The position numbers and the translations under genes are program-made. The notes beneath the pieces are model-generated. The model was not told the origin of the DNA and did no database searches. It was given only the letters and a program-made list of their open reading frames with translations. This document shows positions 30,138 through 45,070 of a stretch of DNA of 64,000 bases, piece after piece; the stretch's first letter is position 1; each line of letters starts with the position of its first letter. Source of the stretch: Eledone cirrhosa (taxonomy: Eukaryota); the NCBI GenBank assembly GCA_964016885.1, contig OZ024746.1:62868001-62932000 (forward strand), in the 5' to 3' direction.

Positions 30138-30344
30138 TATTTAATTATATAATAAACAACACAATATAATTATTCCATTACCCAAGGTTTCACGAAGTTA
30201 GATTATTCTAACAGAAATGCCTAGTTCGTTCATCAAATGAAATAGCTGATGAATGGACTAGACGTTTCTGTTAGAATCGTTTAACTTTGTGAAACCTTTG
30301 GTAATGGAATAATTATATCGTGTTGTTTATTATATAATTAAATA
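30138..30344. repeat. Diverged ~207-bp fold-back
   Basis: Arms of ~98 bp, 11-nt loop aatgaaatagc. Confidence 0.88.
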
Positions 30345-30399
30345 GCTCTGTATTATACATAGAGCACTCTTCTTTCCTTTACCTTTTCTATGGAAAATC

Positions 30400-30469
<70 letters not shown>

Positions 30470-30511
30470 AATGAAACAACAATGATGTCTCTGATCGAGA
30501 CAAAGTGAGAA

Positions 30512-30795
30512 TCATCATCATCATCATCATCATCACCGTTTTACGTCCGTTCTTCCACGCTAGCATGGGTTAGACGGGTTGTCCTGTTGTGGGCAGTGTC
30601 TGGTCGGCTGACCATGCCTTGCTCATACTGGAACTGATCTGGCTTGATTTCTACAGCTGGATGCCCTTCCTAACACCAACCTCATTTACAGTGAGTGCTG
30701 GGTGCTTTTTCGTGGCGCCTACACATCCACTTTACAGTGTGGGCTGGGTGCTTTTTTGCCGTGGCACCTCCACGACCACCTTGCGGTGGGGGGGG
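30512..30795 (-). mobile_element. 3' part of the composite SINE (RTE-type tail)
   Basis: Inverted partner copy at ~31670-31950. Confidence 0.8.
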
Positions 30796-30803
30796 TGTAT
30801 TTG

Positions 30804-31110
30804 AATATATAAAAAAGAGAAAACTCATTGCTAGAACAGCCTTAGCGGCTGTTCTAGCAATGAGTTTTCTCTTTTTTATGTATTTTAACAACAGGTAAAT
30901 GTTGTCAAAGACGGCTTTGGGTAAACATGCCTCAGAGGAAAGACACCAGTGGCCAGAGGTCAACAAAGAGATAATCTGCTCTTCAGACTCGCATTGCCAG
31001 TTTGAAGAGCAGATTCTTAATGAATTCGGGTCCATAAATTCTATAGGTGGCTCTGAGCCAATCCTCTGTGAAACACACGTAATAGGTCGATACACAATAA
31101 AAATTTAAAT
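30804..31110 (+). mobile_element. Penelope-like remnant: terminal hairpin, GIY-YIG C-terminal-like peptide, partial hammerhead
   Basis: 81-bp hairpin 30804-30884; KTALGKHASEERHQW...II; GAAACacacGUA at ~31070. Confidence 0.55.
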
Positions 31111-31234
31111 GCATGTAAACGTAACTTCATCATTCTTATTAATATATACAGTCTGCCTGTACATCGAATGCATGTTTTGGTACCACCAAATTCACTGAAT
31201 CACTTACACTATATATGTAATACATACATACATA

Positions 31235-31274
<40 letters not shown>

Positions 31275-31473
31275 GTTTAACGTCCATCTTCCACGCTTGC
31301 ATGGGTTTGGACGGGAGTTTTCCCACTTGAGGCAAGATTGGTTGTCATTGCTCGCATAGGACTGTCTGGCGGATTTTCTATGGCTGGATGCCCTTCCTAA
31401 CACCAACCACGTTTACAGTGTGGACTGGGAGGTTTTTACCGTGTTACCTACACGGCCACATTACAGCGGGGAC

Positions 31474-31553
<80 letters not shown>

Positions 31554-31946
31554 TACATATATATATGACACACGACCGTGACCTCTGGCGTCACACAGTA
31601 ATACAGAAGACCTCCCCCCCCCCACGGGTACAAGCCGAAGCTGAAGCATATAGACAATATGCCTCCACACCCTCCCACTGCAAAGTGGTTGTGGAGGTGC
31701 CATGGCAAAAGAGCACCCAGCCCAGACTGTAAAGTGGATGTGGAGACGCCACAGAAAAAAGCACCCAGCACTCACTGTAAATGAGGTTGGTGTTAGGAAG
31801 GGCATCCAGCTGTAGAAATCAAGCCAGAATCAGTCCCCGTACGAGCAAGGCATAGTCAGCCGTCCGGACACTGCCCACAACAGGACAACCCGTCAAACCC
31901 ATGATAGCGTGGAAGAATGGATGTAAAACGGTGATGATGATGATGA

Positions 31947-31994
<48 letters not shown>

Positions 31995-32034
31995 CGATAT
32001 TAACAAATGGAAACTATATTTATAAAACCATATT

Positions 32035-32099
32035 TATTTCATTATACATATTTCAAGGACACCAAGTTAAATTATGGTGTGCTTTCATCAGATAAAATA
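32035..32099 (-). ncRNA. Hammerhead ribozyme in the single-arm copy (~31990-32178) of the 53.4-kb element
   Basis: uauuuuau-CUGAUGA-aagcacacca(10 nt)uggugu ccuu-GAAA-ua(ug)ua-UA-augaaaua. Confidence 0.85.
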
Positions 32100-32215
32100 T
32101 AATTTAGATCAGTTTTATAAATAAATATTGACATACCCTTAAAGAATGCAACCATTACTGGTGGAAGCTCCCGGATATATATATTATATATATATTTATT
32201 TATTATAGCTAAGCA

Positions 32216-32273
32216 GTGAGCCTTGTTACTCTGGAGTTTCACCTGCATACTTGCAGGATCATCAGAGACTCAC
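32216..32273 (-). ncRNA. Hammerhead ribozyme with U.U at the base of stem II
   Basis: gugagucu-CUGAUGA-u-ccugca(agua)ugcagg-u-GAAA-cuc(ca)gag-UA-aca-aggcucac. Confidence 0.75.
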
Positions 32274-32353
32274 GTCCGTCTATAACATATGGATATGTAT
32301 GTATATATATATAAGTATATATATGTGTATAAATGTATGTATATATATGAGTG

Positions 32354-32451
<98 letters not shown>

Positions 32452-32890
32452 TATAGATATATACTGTGGTTACCCCCGAGTCAACCCAGAATAACTTATA
32501 TACACAGTATATATATACACACACACACTCATTACGGCCTCATTCTATCCTGTGCTAGCTGGCAGGTGGCAATATATTTTGCCGTTCTTGGGACTTCTGT
32601 CCTAGGAAAGGAAAATGCTCTCTGATGATCTGAACATTTCCACTGGAGATCCCTAGGATCTCCAATCTTTTGTAAGGTGAAACCGTCGGTAAAAGCAAAT
32701 GGATTAGGTAAATATTTAAATTATATTTTTTTATTTATTTTGAGAAATTGTTTGAATTTTGCTTGCTCCACTTATCTCAATTTTATAGTTCTGGTATGTC
32801 AAATTAATACCATGGAACACCACTGTATCATAGACACCCTATATATTTCCAGGGGTACTTAGTCCCTGTGGGGATATTAATCTCCTTTTA

Positions 32891-32963
<73 letters not shown>

Positions 32964-33249
32964 AAAAGAATGAAATGAAATATATATATATATATGCATA
33001 TATATATATATATATATATATCCTAGAAACGATCGTTAAATAATGAACTTTTTTTGTTTAATATAAGGAACTGTTTCATTGTTTTATTCATTATTTTTTT
33101 AATATTTTTTTAATATTTTATATATATATATATATATAGATATATATATGGAAAAGGATGAAATGAAATATATATATATATAAGTATACATACTTATATA
33201 TATATACACACACATATATATATATATACACATATATATATATACATAT

Positions 33250-33548
33250 CATCATTTCATTTTACGTCCGCTTTTCCCTGCTTGCAAGGGTGGGACGGGA
33301 ACTGATTCTGGCTTGATTTCTACAGCTGGATGCCCTTCCTAACACCAACCTCATTTACAGTGAGTGCTGGGTGCTTTTTTTCCGTGACACCTCCACGACC
33401 ACTTTGTAGTGGAATGATAGGGACCCCAGTCCTTATCATCTCATTTCTACAGCTGAGTAAACTGGAGCAATGTGAAATAAAGTGTCTTGCTCAAGGAAAC
33501 AACACATCACCCGGTCTGAGAATTGAACTCACAACCTTTCGATTGCAA
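33250..33548 (-). mobile_element. Composite CORE-like SINE, internally deleted
   Basis: Matches 58352-58753. Confidence 0.8.
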
Positions 33549-33572
33549 TATGTATATATATATATATATATA

Positions 33573-33755
33573 TAACGTTATTCCGGGTTGAATCGGAGGT
33601 AACCACAGTAAGTAAGGTACTCAATACATTGCAGAGTATAAAAGTTTTAATATAGATGAGATTCTACAGGACTAGAACTGTTTCATTCTTTAGAAATCAT
33701 CAGGATTTCTAAAGAATGAAACAGTTCTAGTCCTGTAGAATCTCATCTATATTAA

Positions 33756-33758
<3 letters not shown>
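33573..33758 (-). mobile_element. (TA)n-embedded fold-back element with hammerhead at 33662-33705 (minus)
   Basis: Palindrome 33644-33758 with 5-nt loop; uc-CUGAUGA-u-uuc(uaaa)gaa-u-GAAA-cag...cug-UA-ga; homologous to 15338-15537. Confidence 0.75.
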
Positions 33759-33834
<76 letters not shown>

Positions 33835-34363
33835 GGTGGAGAGAATGTAAGAGGGCAGGAAAATAGACATCAAATGATGCTGATGATGATGATGAATATC
33901 AAATAGCCTTATTGAAAATGTGCTGGGTTTGAAGAATTGTGTTCTCAGCCGTGGTGTGATTTGAATATCTTTTAAGGCATGGTTAACACAAGAAACCAAT
34001 GGGAAGCCAACAAAATGGTGTGTGCCATTGTTATAAAGTAGCTATATAGGTCTTCAACTTCTTGACTGGAGCTCTCACTCCACACACACAGACAGGCACA
34101 GACATAGACACACATCCACACATTCACACCCATGTACATGCATACATACATGCGCACACACATACACACATGCAGACACACACACAAACAGACAGACAGA
34201 CACCTACTCACACACACACAGACGCATACAGACATACATACACACACACACATGTATATATATATATATGCATATATGTATGTATGTATATATATACATA
34301 TTTATATATACATATATATATACATATATACATATACATATATATATATACATATATATATAC

Positions 34364-34414
<51 letters not shown>

Positions 34415-34419
<5 letters not shown>

Positions 34420-35396
34420 TCATCATCATCATCATCAACGTTTAACGTCCGTGTTCCACGCTTGCATGGGTTTGGACGGGGGTAGTCCCACTTGAGGCAA
34501 GAGTGATTGTCTTGCTCGCATAGGACTGTCTGGCAGGTTTTCTACAGTTGGATGCCCTTCCTAACACCAACCACATTTACAGTGTGGGTCTGGGAGGTTT
34601 TTACCGTGTTGCCTACACGGCCACATTACAGCGTGGACTGTGTGTTTTTTTGTCGTGACACCTACACGATCTCATTTGTTTCGGCCTCGATGGCGCGGCA
34701 CCAACATAACTTTACATAGAACGGGGTGGTGTGGATCGGGTGGGGGTGGGGGTGGTGGGACGGGGTGTATTTTGTTAGAGATGCCTACTGGCTGGAGTAG
34801 GTTTTACTATATATTTAGGTAAGGCGGGTCTTCTCTGTTACTGAGTACCGCCAAAGGTCTCGGTCCAGTGACATTGTCTTGGAGAGGTGTAAGTGTGTGA
34901 TGTCGGAGTTTATCAGCTCGTCCCAGGTTTTTCTAGGTCTGCCTATTCCGTGACTACCGTCTATCTTTATTGCCCTGCACTTTGTTATACAGCTATCGAC
35001 TTTCATGCGCATCACGTGTCCATACCAACGTAGCCTTCTCTCGAGTAAACAACATCTGATCCCTCTTATCTCTAATTTATTCCTTAGTTCGTTTATGCTT
35101 TGCCGTTCACGTATATTACTGTTACACATCCAGCGGAGCATGCAAGCTTCGTTCCTCTCTAGTCTGCGTATATCCTCTGCACACAATGCCCAGGTCTCAC
35201 TGCCATGCAGCATTGCTGTTCGTATGCAGGCATCGTACAACCTGCCTTTCATTTTTAGTGAGAACCCTTTAGCAGCTAATAGTGGTATAAGCTCTCTGAA
35301 CTTTTTCCAACCAGTTCTGACTCTAGCTACAGTACTTTCAGAGCACCCTCCCCCACTGCTGATTTTATCGCCCAGGTAACGGAAGCTGTCCACTAT
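34415..35396 (-). mobile_element. PHD-RTE family LINE 3' fragment
   Basis: ORF 34815-35480 nearly identical to 1878-2411; 3'UTR and (GAT)n tail. Confidence 0.95.
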
Positions 35397-35429
35397 TTGT
35401 ATATATATATATATACATATATATACATT

Positions 35430-35461
<32 letters not shown>

Positions 35462-35490
35462 TATACATATATATATACATATATATATAT

Positions 35491-35587
<97 letters not shown>

Positions 35588-35944
35588 ATATAATATTTGT
35601 GCAAATATTAAATTTAAAATGTTTTGAGTATTCATTTTTTTTTCTTAATACAAATCAATATACTTATTAATGAATTCAATTTATAATACAATAGTGTTAA
35701 TTGCTACAATTAATTGTTTTTTAAAAGTAAATCTTAAGATTACTTTAACTGTAAAGTTAATGAAGATGCTTTCTCACTCCATCATTGTGATGTAGATCTG
35801 AAATATTTATATTTCAATTTCTATTGTTTTCATATCAACTTTTCAATTAAGTCGTCTGACACTATGTAACTGACTGTATGAAATTGTAATTTGAAGCTGT
35901 AATATCTAATTTTGTTAGATGTTTATGTCACTGCATTCGGTGAT

Positions 35945-36430
35945 ATGTGGAAGCATATGGCCTAGTGGTAAAGATGTTGGACTTATAATTATAATTGTTT
36001 CTACTATTGGCACAAGGCCAGCAATTACCCAGTACATTACTGATACTTTATTTTATTGACCCCGTAAGGATGAAAGGCAAAGTTAACCTCCGAGGGATTT
36101 GAACTCAGAATGGCAAGGGCCGTAACTCTATGTGTCAAAGTATGGCGTTTGACCCTCTACCGATACTGCCAAAATTATAATGCTGTGGTTTTGATTCCTG
36201 GACAGAGTTGTGTTGTGTTGTGTTGTACTCTTGAGCAAAACACTTCATTTCACATTGCCCCAGTATACTCAGCTAAAAATGAGTACCAGCAATAGCTAGA
36301 GGTTTAATGCTGTAATGGACTGGCGTCCTGTCCAGGGGTAGTGGGAAGTCTTATACTCTGAGTTGCTTCATGCTGTGGAAACTAAGACAGGCACTGACCT
36401 GATGAGCCTAGAGGCTTGAGACAGACTTTA
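35945..36430. mobile_element. CORE-like SINE (plus) interrupted by a Meta-core SINE (minus, 35993-36171)
   Basis: TSD aattataat; the head resumes with ggttttgattcctgg...cttgagcaaaacactt. Confidence 0.7.
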
Positions 36431-36441
36431 GACATCTGATG

Positions 36442-36497
<56 letters not shown>

Positions 36498-36599
36498 TGT
36501 TGTTGTTGTTTTAGCTTCAAGCTAATCCTGATTGGGCAGATCTATGATCACAGACATTCTATCTGTGATTGGCATGTTTTTTGCTATTTGTTTTTGTAA

Positions 36600-36900
36600 G
36601 AGGAATCAAATGTAGTACGCAACAGTGAAGACTGCACTGGTATGGACATGTGATGCATATGGAGGATGATCATTAGTAGTGGAGAAACGCCAGTGGAAGG
36701 AAGTTGCCATAGAGGAAGACCAAGGAAGACCTGAGCAGAAGTGGTGAGAGCAGATCTGAAAATGTTGAACCCCACAGGGGAGTTGAAGAAAGAAGGGAAT
36801 AAGTGGAGGAAAGCTGTGCTACAAAAGACATGTCCAACACATGCTTGCATGGAGAAATGGATGTAGAAAGGATGAGAATAATGGTGATGATGATGATGTG
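36600..36900 (+). mobile_element. Old RTE LINE 3' fragment
   Basis: RLHWYGHVMHME...GRPRKT motifs. Confidence 0.8.
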
Positions 36901-37499
36901 TATATCAAGTTTAGAATAGTTAGACTATCCCTGTGTGTCATATAATGGTTTCTGATTTAGACACAAGGCCAACAATTTTAGGGGAGCGGAAAGTCAATTA
37001 AATCAACCCCAGTGCATTACTGGTACTTTATTTTATCGACCCCGTAAGGATGAAAGGCTCAGCTAACCTTGGCAGGATTTGAACCCAGAACATAAAGGGC
37101 CTTAACTCTATGCTGCGAAGCATGGTGTCCGATGCTCTACCAATATTACCATGATTAAAAGGGTTGGTGCCAGGTAGAGCATCTTGCTGTAAAAAATTGC
37201 CTCAAAAAAGATCCTATATCAATATGAAATTTATCATGAGGTCTCCATGGCTAAGCCCTTATTTAGCATGGAAAATGGCCTTAAAATGCTTGTTGACTGT
37301 TGTTGTTGTTGTTGTGACGTTAGCGTATCCGTGTTGCTACAATCATTTGTTATTTACTATAATCCAACAATAAAATTATATTTAATAGTTATAGTTATAA
37401 AATGTTAACTTGTCACGCATTTTCTCCTCAATTTAGACTGATCGATACTTAGTTTTCCATATCACTGCAGAAACATGTCAAAGTTGTGGAATATATATA

Positions 37500-37535
<36 letters not shown>

Positions 37536-37733
37536 ACACAATACATATATATATATACACATAACACGGTAAAAACCTCCCAGCCCCACACTGTAAATGT
37601 GGTTGGTGTTAGGAAGGGCATCCAGCTGTAGAAAACCCGCCAGACAGTCCTATGCGAGCAAGACAACCACTCTTGCCTCAAGTGGGAAAACCCCCGTCCA
37701 AACCCATGCAAGCGTGGAACAGGGACGTTAAAC

Positions 37734-37772
<39 letters not shown>

Positions 37773-37820
37773 ATATACACATATATATATATACATATAT
37801 ATACATATATATATATATAC

Positions 37821-38319
<499 letters not shown>

Positions 38320-38389
38320 TTGATATATATATGTATATGTATATATATATATATGTATATGTGTATATATATGTGTGTATATATACATG

Positions 38390-38422
<33 letters not shown>

Positions 38423-38606
38423 GTATATATATATGTATTGTGTGTATATATATATATATGTATGTATGTATCTATATATATTGTAATTGTTTTCGTTTTA
38501 AGAATTTCTTTATTTAGTTTTACATTATTTTTCTTGAAAACAATTCCTGCAAAAATGATTTCTTTTGGACACTAATCATGACACACTGTTGTTCTTTGAG
38601 AGAGAA

Positions 38607-38683
<77 letters not shown>

Positions 38684-38696
38684 AGATAGCAAGAGG

Positions 38697-38740
<44 letters not shown>

Positions 38741-39149
38741 TAGCAAGAGGGAGACAGAGAGAGAGAGAGAGAGAGTGAGGGAGATAGCAAGAGGGAGCCA
38801 GAGAGAGAGAGAGAGTGAGGGAGATAGCAAGAGGGAGAGAGAGAGAGAGAGTGTGTGTGCGAGAGAGAGAGAAAGAGAGAGGGAGAGAGGGAGACAGAGA
38901 GAGTGAGTGACAAAGTCAGGTAGACAAACAGACAAAGAGATATATAGATAGGAAGATTAGAGAGATCAGATAGAAAAATAGGTAGACAATCTGTGTTACA
39001 TTGGAAGTCTTTACATACAAACAACATAGATTAAATGAGACAATCACTTTAGATTGTATGTATTGGTGATTACTATATTAACGAATGACACTTCTGAATA
39101 TAACAACAATAAAACAACAGCAAAACATGATAAAAGGAAAATCGTTGTT

Positions 39150-40346
39150 ACCCCACCACCACCACCATCACCAACACCACCACCAACACCATCACCACCA
39201 TCACCAACACCACCAACACCACCACCACCATCACCACCACCAACACCACTGTCTACACCACCAACACCACCACCATCACCACTGTCTACACCACCACTCC
39301 ACCAACACCACCACCACCACCACCAACCCCACCACCATCACCAACACCACCACCACCACCACTGTCTACACCACCACCACTGTCTACACCACCACTCCAC
39401 CAACACCACCACCAACACCACCTCCACCAACACCACCACCTCCACCAACACCACCAACACCACCTCCACCAACACCACCAACAACATAATCACAACCACC
39501 AACACCACCAACAACATAATCACAACCACCACCACCACCAACACCACCTCCACCCCCCACTACCACCACCACCACCACCAACACCCACACCCACTACCAC
39601 CACCACCAACACCACCAACAACATAATCACAACCACCAACACCGTCACCACCAACACCCACCCCCACTACCACCACCACAACCACCACAACCACCACCAC
39701 CACCACCACCAACACCACCAACACCACCTCCACCACCACTACCACCACCACAACCACCACCACCACCAACACCACCACCAACACCACCAACACCACCACT
39801 ACCACCACCACCACCACCACCACCACCAACACCACCTCCACCAACACCCACCCCCACTACCACCACCACAACCACCACCACCACTCCACCACCACTCCAC
39901 CACCACTCCATCAATCAAAGCAATTGTGAACAAGCAACATGAAGGAAGACATAAATATGTATAAATGGGGGAAAATTACAATGAAAATACAATGGCATAT
40001 AATAATTGCATGCACACATGCCTTTGTGTATGTATTGATAACAGTATACACCTGATGTAATGTATATATTATACATACATGCATACATATATTTATACAT
40101 ATATACATACATGCAAACATACATAAATACATACATACATATATACATTTATACATATATACACACATACATATATACATATATTTATACATACATACAT
40201 AAATACATACATACATATATACATTTATACATATGTACACACATACTTACATACATATATTTATATATACATACATATATACATTTATACATACATACAC
40301 ACATACATACATTTACACATACATACATTTACACATACATACATGC

Positions 40347-40377
<31 letters not shown>

Positions 40378-40740
40378 CATACACACATACATACATTTAT
40401 ACATACATACTTACATACATACACACATACATACATTTATACATACATTTATACATACATAATTACATACATACACACACATATATACACATATACATAC
40501 ATACATACACACATACACGCATTTATGCATACATATATACATACTTACATACATATATATATACACACACATATACACGCATACATACATTTATACATAC
40601 ACATATATACATACTTACATACATATATATATATATACACACACACACATACACACATACATACATTTATACACACACACACACACACACACATACATAC
40701 GTACGTACATACATACACACACACACACACATGCATGCAT
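39150..40740 (+). repeat. (CAC)n tract followed by (CATA)n tract
   Basis: Direct reading. Confidence 0.9.
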
Positions 40741-41653
40741 TTATGCATGAATGTATTGCAACAGGCAACAAGTAAATTATTAACATCAGCTAATGGTCAT
40801 CACCAATTGTCACCCAGCAATGTGACAAAGGAGTTTTATACATCAGTACTTCATTGATAACTGGAGACCCTTGTCGGCGACACAGCTATTAAAACTAAGG
40901 GTTTGGGTGGGAAAGAAAGGAAAGAGAAATAAGATAATGAGAAGCTGATGAGAGGAGAATAAAAGCTGAGATATAAGGGTTTAATATTACTAGAATATTC
41001 TAGTTTCATCTGGTGTGTTACATGGTATAGATTTGATCCTATCTCATACAGATATCAAATGATTCTCGTACAGCTATTGTTATCGTTGACTCAACGCTGA
41101 TAGGTTATGGTGAATGGTCAGTTCTTTAGTTCTTTGATTTATTCACATTAGACATAAAAAATCACTACCATCACCAACAGCAACAACACCACCACCACCA
41201 CCACGACCACCATCATCATCACCACTCCACCACCACCATCATCATCATAAAGATGTGGAAAATGAGGAAGTAACCATGACTGCAATGTTGGTAAACATAA
41301 AGGTGGCAGTGGGGTCAATAAAATAAAATACCAGTAATGCACTGGGGTCGATTTAATCAACTTTCCCCTCCCCAAAAATTGTTGGCCTCATGCCTAAATC
41401 AGAAACAATTATTAGTAGAATTTAGGATGGTGGATTGGCAGTATTGGTAGAGGGTTCGACGCCATGCTTTGCAGCATAGAGTTAAGGCCCTTTATGATCT
41501 GAGTTCAAATCCTGCCGAAATTAACTTTGCCTTTCATCCTTACGGGGCCAATAAAATAAACTACCAGTCACGCACTGAGGTCGATTTAATCGACTTTCCC
41601 CTCCACCAAAATTGCTGGCGTTGTGCCTATATAAGAAACCATTATTAGTAGAA

Positions 41654-42212
41654 CTAGCAGAAAACCACCCAAGTATATATGCATATAGATATGATACCTC
41701 AAATAAAATCGTAATTGACAATATACACAGAAATTGAATGAAGACTGCATTACACTGTCTTATGTAATCAGTAACGTAATCCATGATACATTAAAAAAAG
41801 ACGATATTATATATAAACTGCATTAGAAGAAAATTTGAAAATTTTAAAGAAGTGAACCTTAAAATAACCAACAAAATTATTTATATTTTATCAAGAATAA
41901 CGAAATTTAGTAGATAAATTATGTAATATTCATTCGGTGAATTGGCAGTATCGGTAGAGGTTCGGACGCCATGCTTTGCAGCACAGTTACGTCCCTTTAT
42001 GGACTGAGTTCAAATCCCGCTGAGGTTAACTTTGCCTTTCATGCTTACAGGGTCGATAAAATAAAGTACCAGTAATGCACTGGTGAATTGCTGGTCTTGT
42101 GCCAAAAGTAGAAACAATTATTTATTCAAAGCAATCCAACTTATGTTACAAATGGGATAAAAAAAATATATTCTGGACGCAGTCCCACACTCCTTACTTT
42201 ATTATAGTTAGA
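41654..42212 (-). mobile_element. Helitron family 2, second copy, with a full SINE inside (41936-42120)
   Basis: Minus strand A|TCTAACTATAATAAAG ... CTAG|T. Confidence 0.85.
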
Positions 42213-42446
42213 TTACTGGAGTCACATTTGAACAAGAATAGGTTGAGAAATGATTGTAGTTAATTCAGTTGTACTAATATTGTGAGATACAGCTGGTTAT
42301 ATCATTATTTGTGATAATAAGTTTCTTCAGTGGGAACATACAGTGATTTAAAACTTAATAGATAACAACAGAGAAACAAGAGAATGACTTTAGAAAGAAC
42401 AAATGACTACGTTTTTATACAACCTGGGTTCAATTCCTGGACTGCC

Positions 42447-43237
42447 AAGTTCATAGGCTGAACAGTTCATAGGCTAAATAGCTCATAGGCTGAACAATTC
42501 ATAGGCTGAACAGTTCATAGGCTAAATAGCTCATAGGCTGAACAATTCATAGGCTGAACAGTTCATAGGCTAAAAAGTTCATAAGCTGAACAGTTCATAG
42601 GTTGAACAGTTCATAGGCTGGACTGTTCATAGGCTGGACAGTTCATAGGCTGAACAGTTCATAGGCTTAACTGTTCATAGGCTTAACAGTTCATAGACTG
42701 AACAGTTCATAAGGCTGGACAGTTCATAGGCTGAACACTTCATAGGCTGGACAGTTCATAGACTGAACAGTACATAGACTGAACAGTTCATAAGGTTGGA
42801 CAGTTCATAGGCTGAATAGTTTATAGGCTTAACAGTTCATAGACTGAACAGTTCATAGTCTGAACAGTTCATAAGGCTGGACAGTTCATAGGCTGAACAG
42901 TTCATAGGCTTAACTGTTCATAGGCTTAACAGTTCATAGACTGAACAGTTCATAATGCTGGACAGTTCATAGGCTGAACACTTCATAGGCTGGACAGTTC
43001 ATAGACTGAACAGTACATAGACTGAACAGTTCATAAGGTTGGACAGTTCATAGGCTGAATAGTTTATAGGCTGAACAGTTCATAGGCTGGACAGTTCATA
43101 GACTGAACAGTACATAGACTGCACACTTCATAAGGCTGGACAGTTCATAGGCTGAGCAGTTTATAGGCTTAACAGTTCATAGGCTGAACAGTTTATAGTC
43201 TGAACAGTTCATAGGCTAAAAAGTTGATAGGCTGACC
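42447..43237 (+). repeat. 16-bp minisatellite agttcataggctgaac, roughly 49 units
   Basis: Direct reading; higher-order blocks are visible. Confidence 0.92.
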
Positions 43238-43546
43238 AAGATACTCTTTAGGAATGACCAAATGAGGTTATTTTTCAACATAGTTACTGGAAAGGATCAA
43301 GTGACTACTTTTCTGTACAATCATAATATTGTGGGTTTGATTCTTTGACTGCAAAGTTCATAGGCTAAAAAGTCCATAAGCTGACCAAAATAATCTTATC
43401 AAATGACAAAATGAGGTTATTTTTCAACGTGGAAAGAAACAATGCAGTTATTAATAAGAAAAGTTGAAATTAATGCATGCAAGATTTCGCAGCTCTAGCA
43501 TCACTCCTTCATAGCCAGCCTAAGAACTTTTCAGCTGCCCCTTGTA
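43215..43546. mobile_element. Mariner-like MITE remnants
   Basis: Right end cagcctaagaactttt...cagctgccccttg|ta; left-end-like aaaagt...aggctgaccaa occurs twice. Confidence 0.55.
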
Positions 43547-43567
43547 AATATCATCAAGTCATCATTA

Positions 43568-43758
43568 AGGGCGGTGGATTGGCAGTATCGGTAGAGGGTC
43601 GGACGCCATGCTTTACAGCATAGTTACGTCCCTTTACAATCTGAGTTCAAATCCCGCCGAGGTTGACTTTGCCTTTCATCCTTACGGGGTCGATAAAATA
43701 AAGTACCAGTAATGCACTGGGTAATTGCTGGCCTTGTGCCTAAAGTAGAAACAATTAT
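43568..43758 (+). mobile_element. Full-length young Meta-core SINE
   Basis: Near identical to 28620-28810. Confidence 0.9.
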
Positions 43759-44319
43759 CTCAGTAAGATACCTGAGACAAGAGTTGAACTTCTTTTAATG
43801 TGAACAATATTCATCGGTGATGAATTGTTCTGGAAATGTCATTACAATTTCTTATGGAGAATTTCAATTTGATTTCATTAAGTAAACTAGAGCTCAATAT
43901 TCAAATGTCCTGAATTAGTATAGTGAACAAGTGTATATGTATGTGTGTGTATGTGTGTGTGAGTGTGTGTGTGTGTGTGTCAGTGGCTGCATTACTAGAT
44001 AAGTATTATGTGTATGTACACACACACACACATACATATATATATATGATCATCATCATCATCATCAGCATCGTTTAACGTCTATCTTCCATGCTAGCAT
44101 GGGTTTAGACGGGAATTGTGCCACTTGAGGCAAGATTGGTTGGGTGACCATGTCTCGCTCGTATGGGACTGTCTGGTAGGTTTTCTACAGCTGGATGCCC
44201 TTCCAAACACCAACCACGTTTGCAGTGTGGACTGGGAGGTTTTTACCGTGTTACCTACACGACCACCTTACAGCGCGGACTGTGTGTTTTTTTTGTCGTG
44301 ACACCTACACACACACACA

Positions 44320-44369
<50 letters not shown>

Positions 44370-44384
44370 ATATATATATCTATA

Positions 44385-44492
<108 letters not shown>

Positions 44493-44985
44493 CATTTATA
44501 TATATGTATATATATTTATATATATGTATATATATACATATATATTTATATCTATTTATATATATATAGATATAGATATATATTCTCTTTAACTCACTAC
44601 ATTCCACGACATGAAGTATGCTATCAAAACTGATCAAGGAATCCTTCCACCTCTACCCCTCCCTCCATCTCAGTTTGTCACTCTACTTCCTTCCTCTTCC
44701 CCTTCCTCTCTCTCTATACTATTCCGTCTGTCCCCTCACCTCCTGATTCCTCTCTCTCTATACTAGTAAATACAATTCCAAATAAATGTTTTTCTCTATA
44801 TATTAAGAATTATTTCAAGAGTAACTTACTCACTATTTTGAAAATTTGGACTGTGAACAACAATTATAATTGAGTGGCTGCTATTTGCAGTATAGCAATA
44901 TAAGGTTGCACTTACCAATGAAACGGTCGTAAATACCTGGATAAAATCCTTCTCTTAATGCTTACCTGTGTTTACCTGTGCTTAC

Positions 44986-45070
<85 letters not shown>

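Noticed and set aside
43568-43660. tRNA genes (A/B boxes here and at ~13406 and 58352)
   Set aside because: They are SINE heads that continue into core domains; no complete cloverleaf
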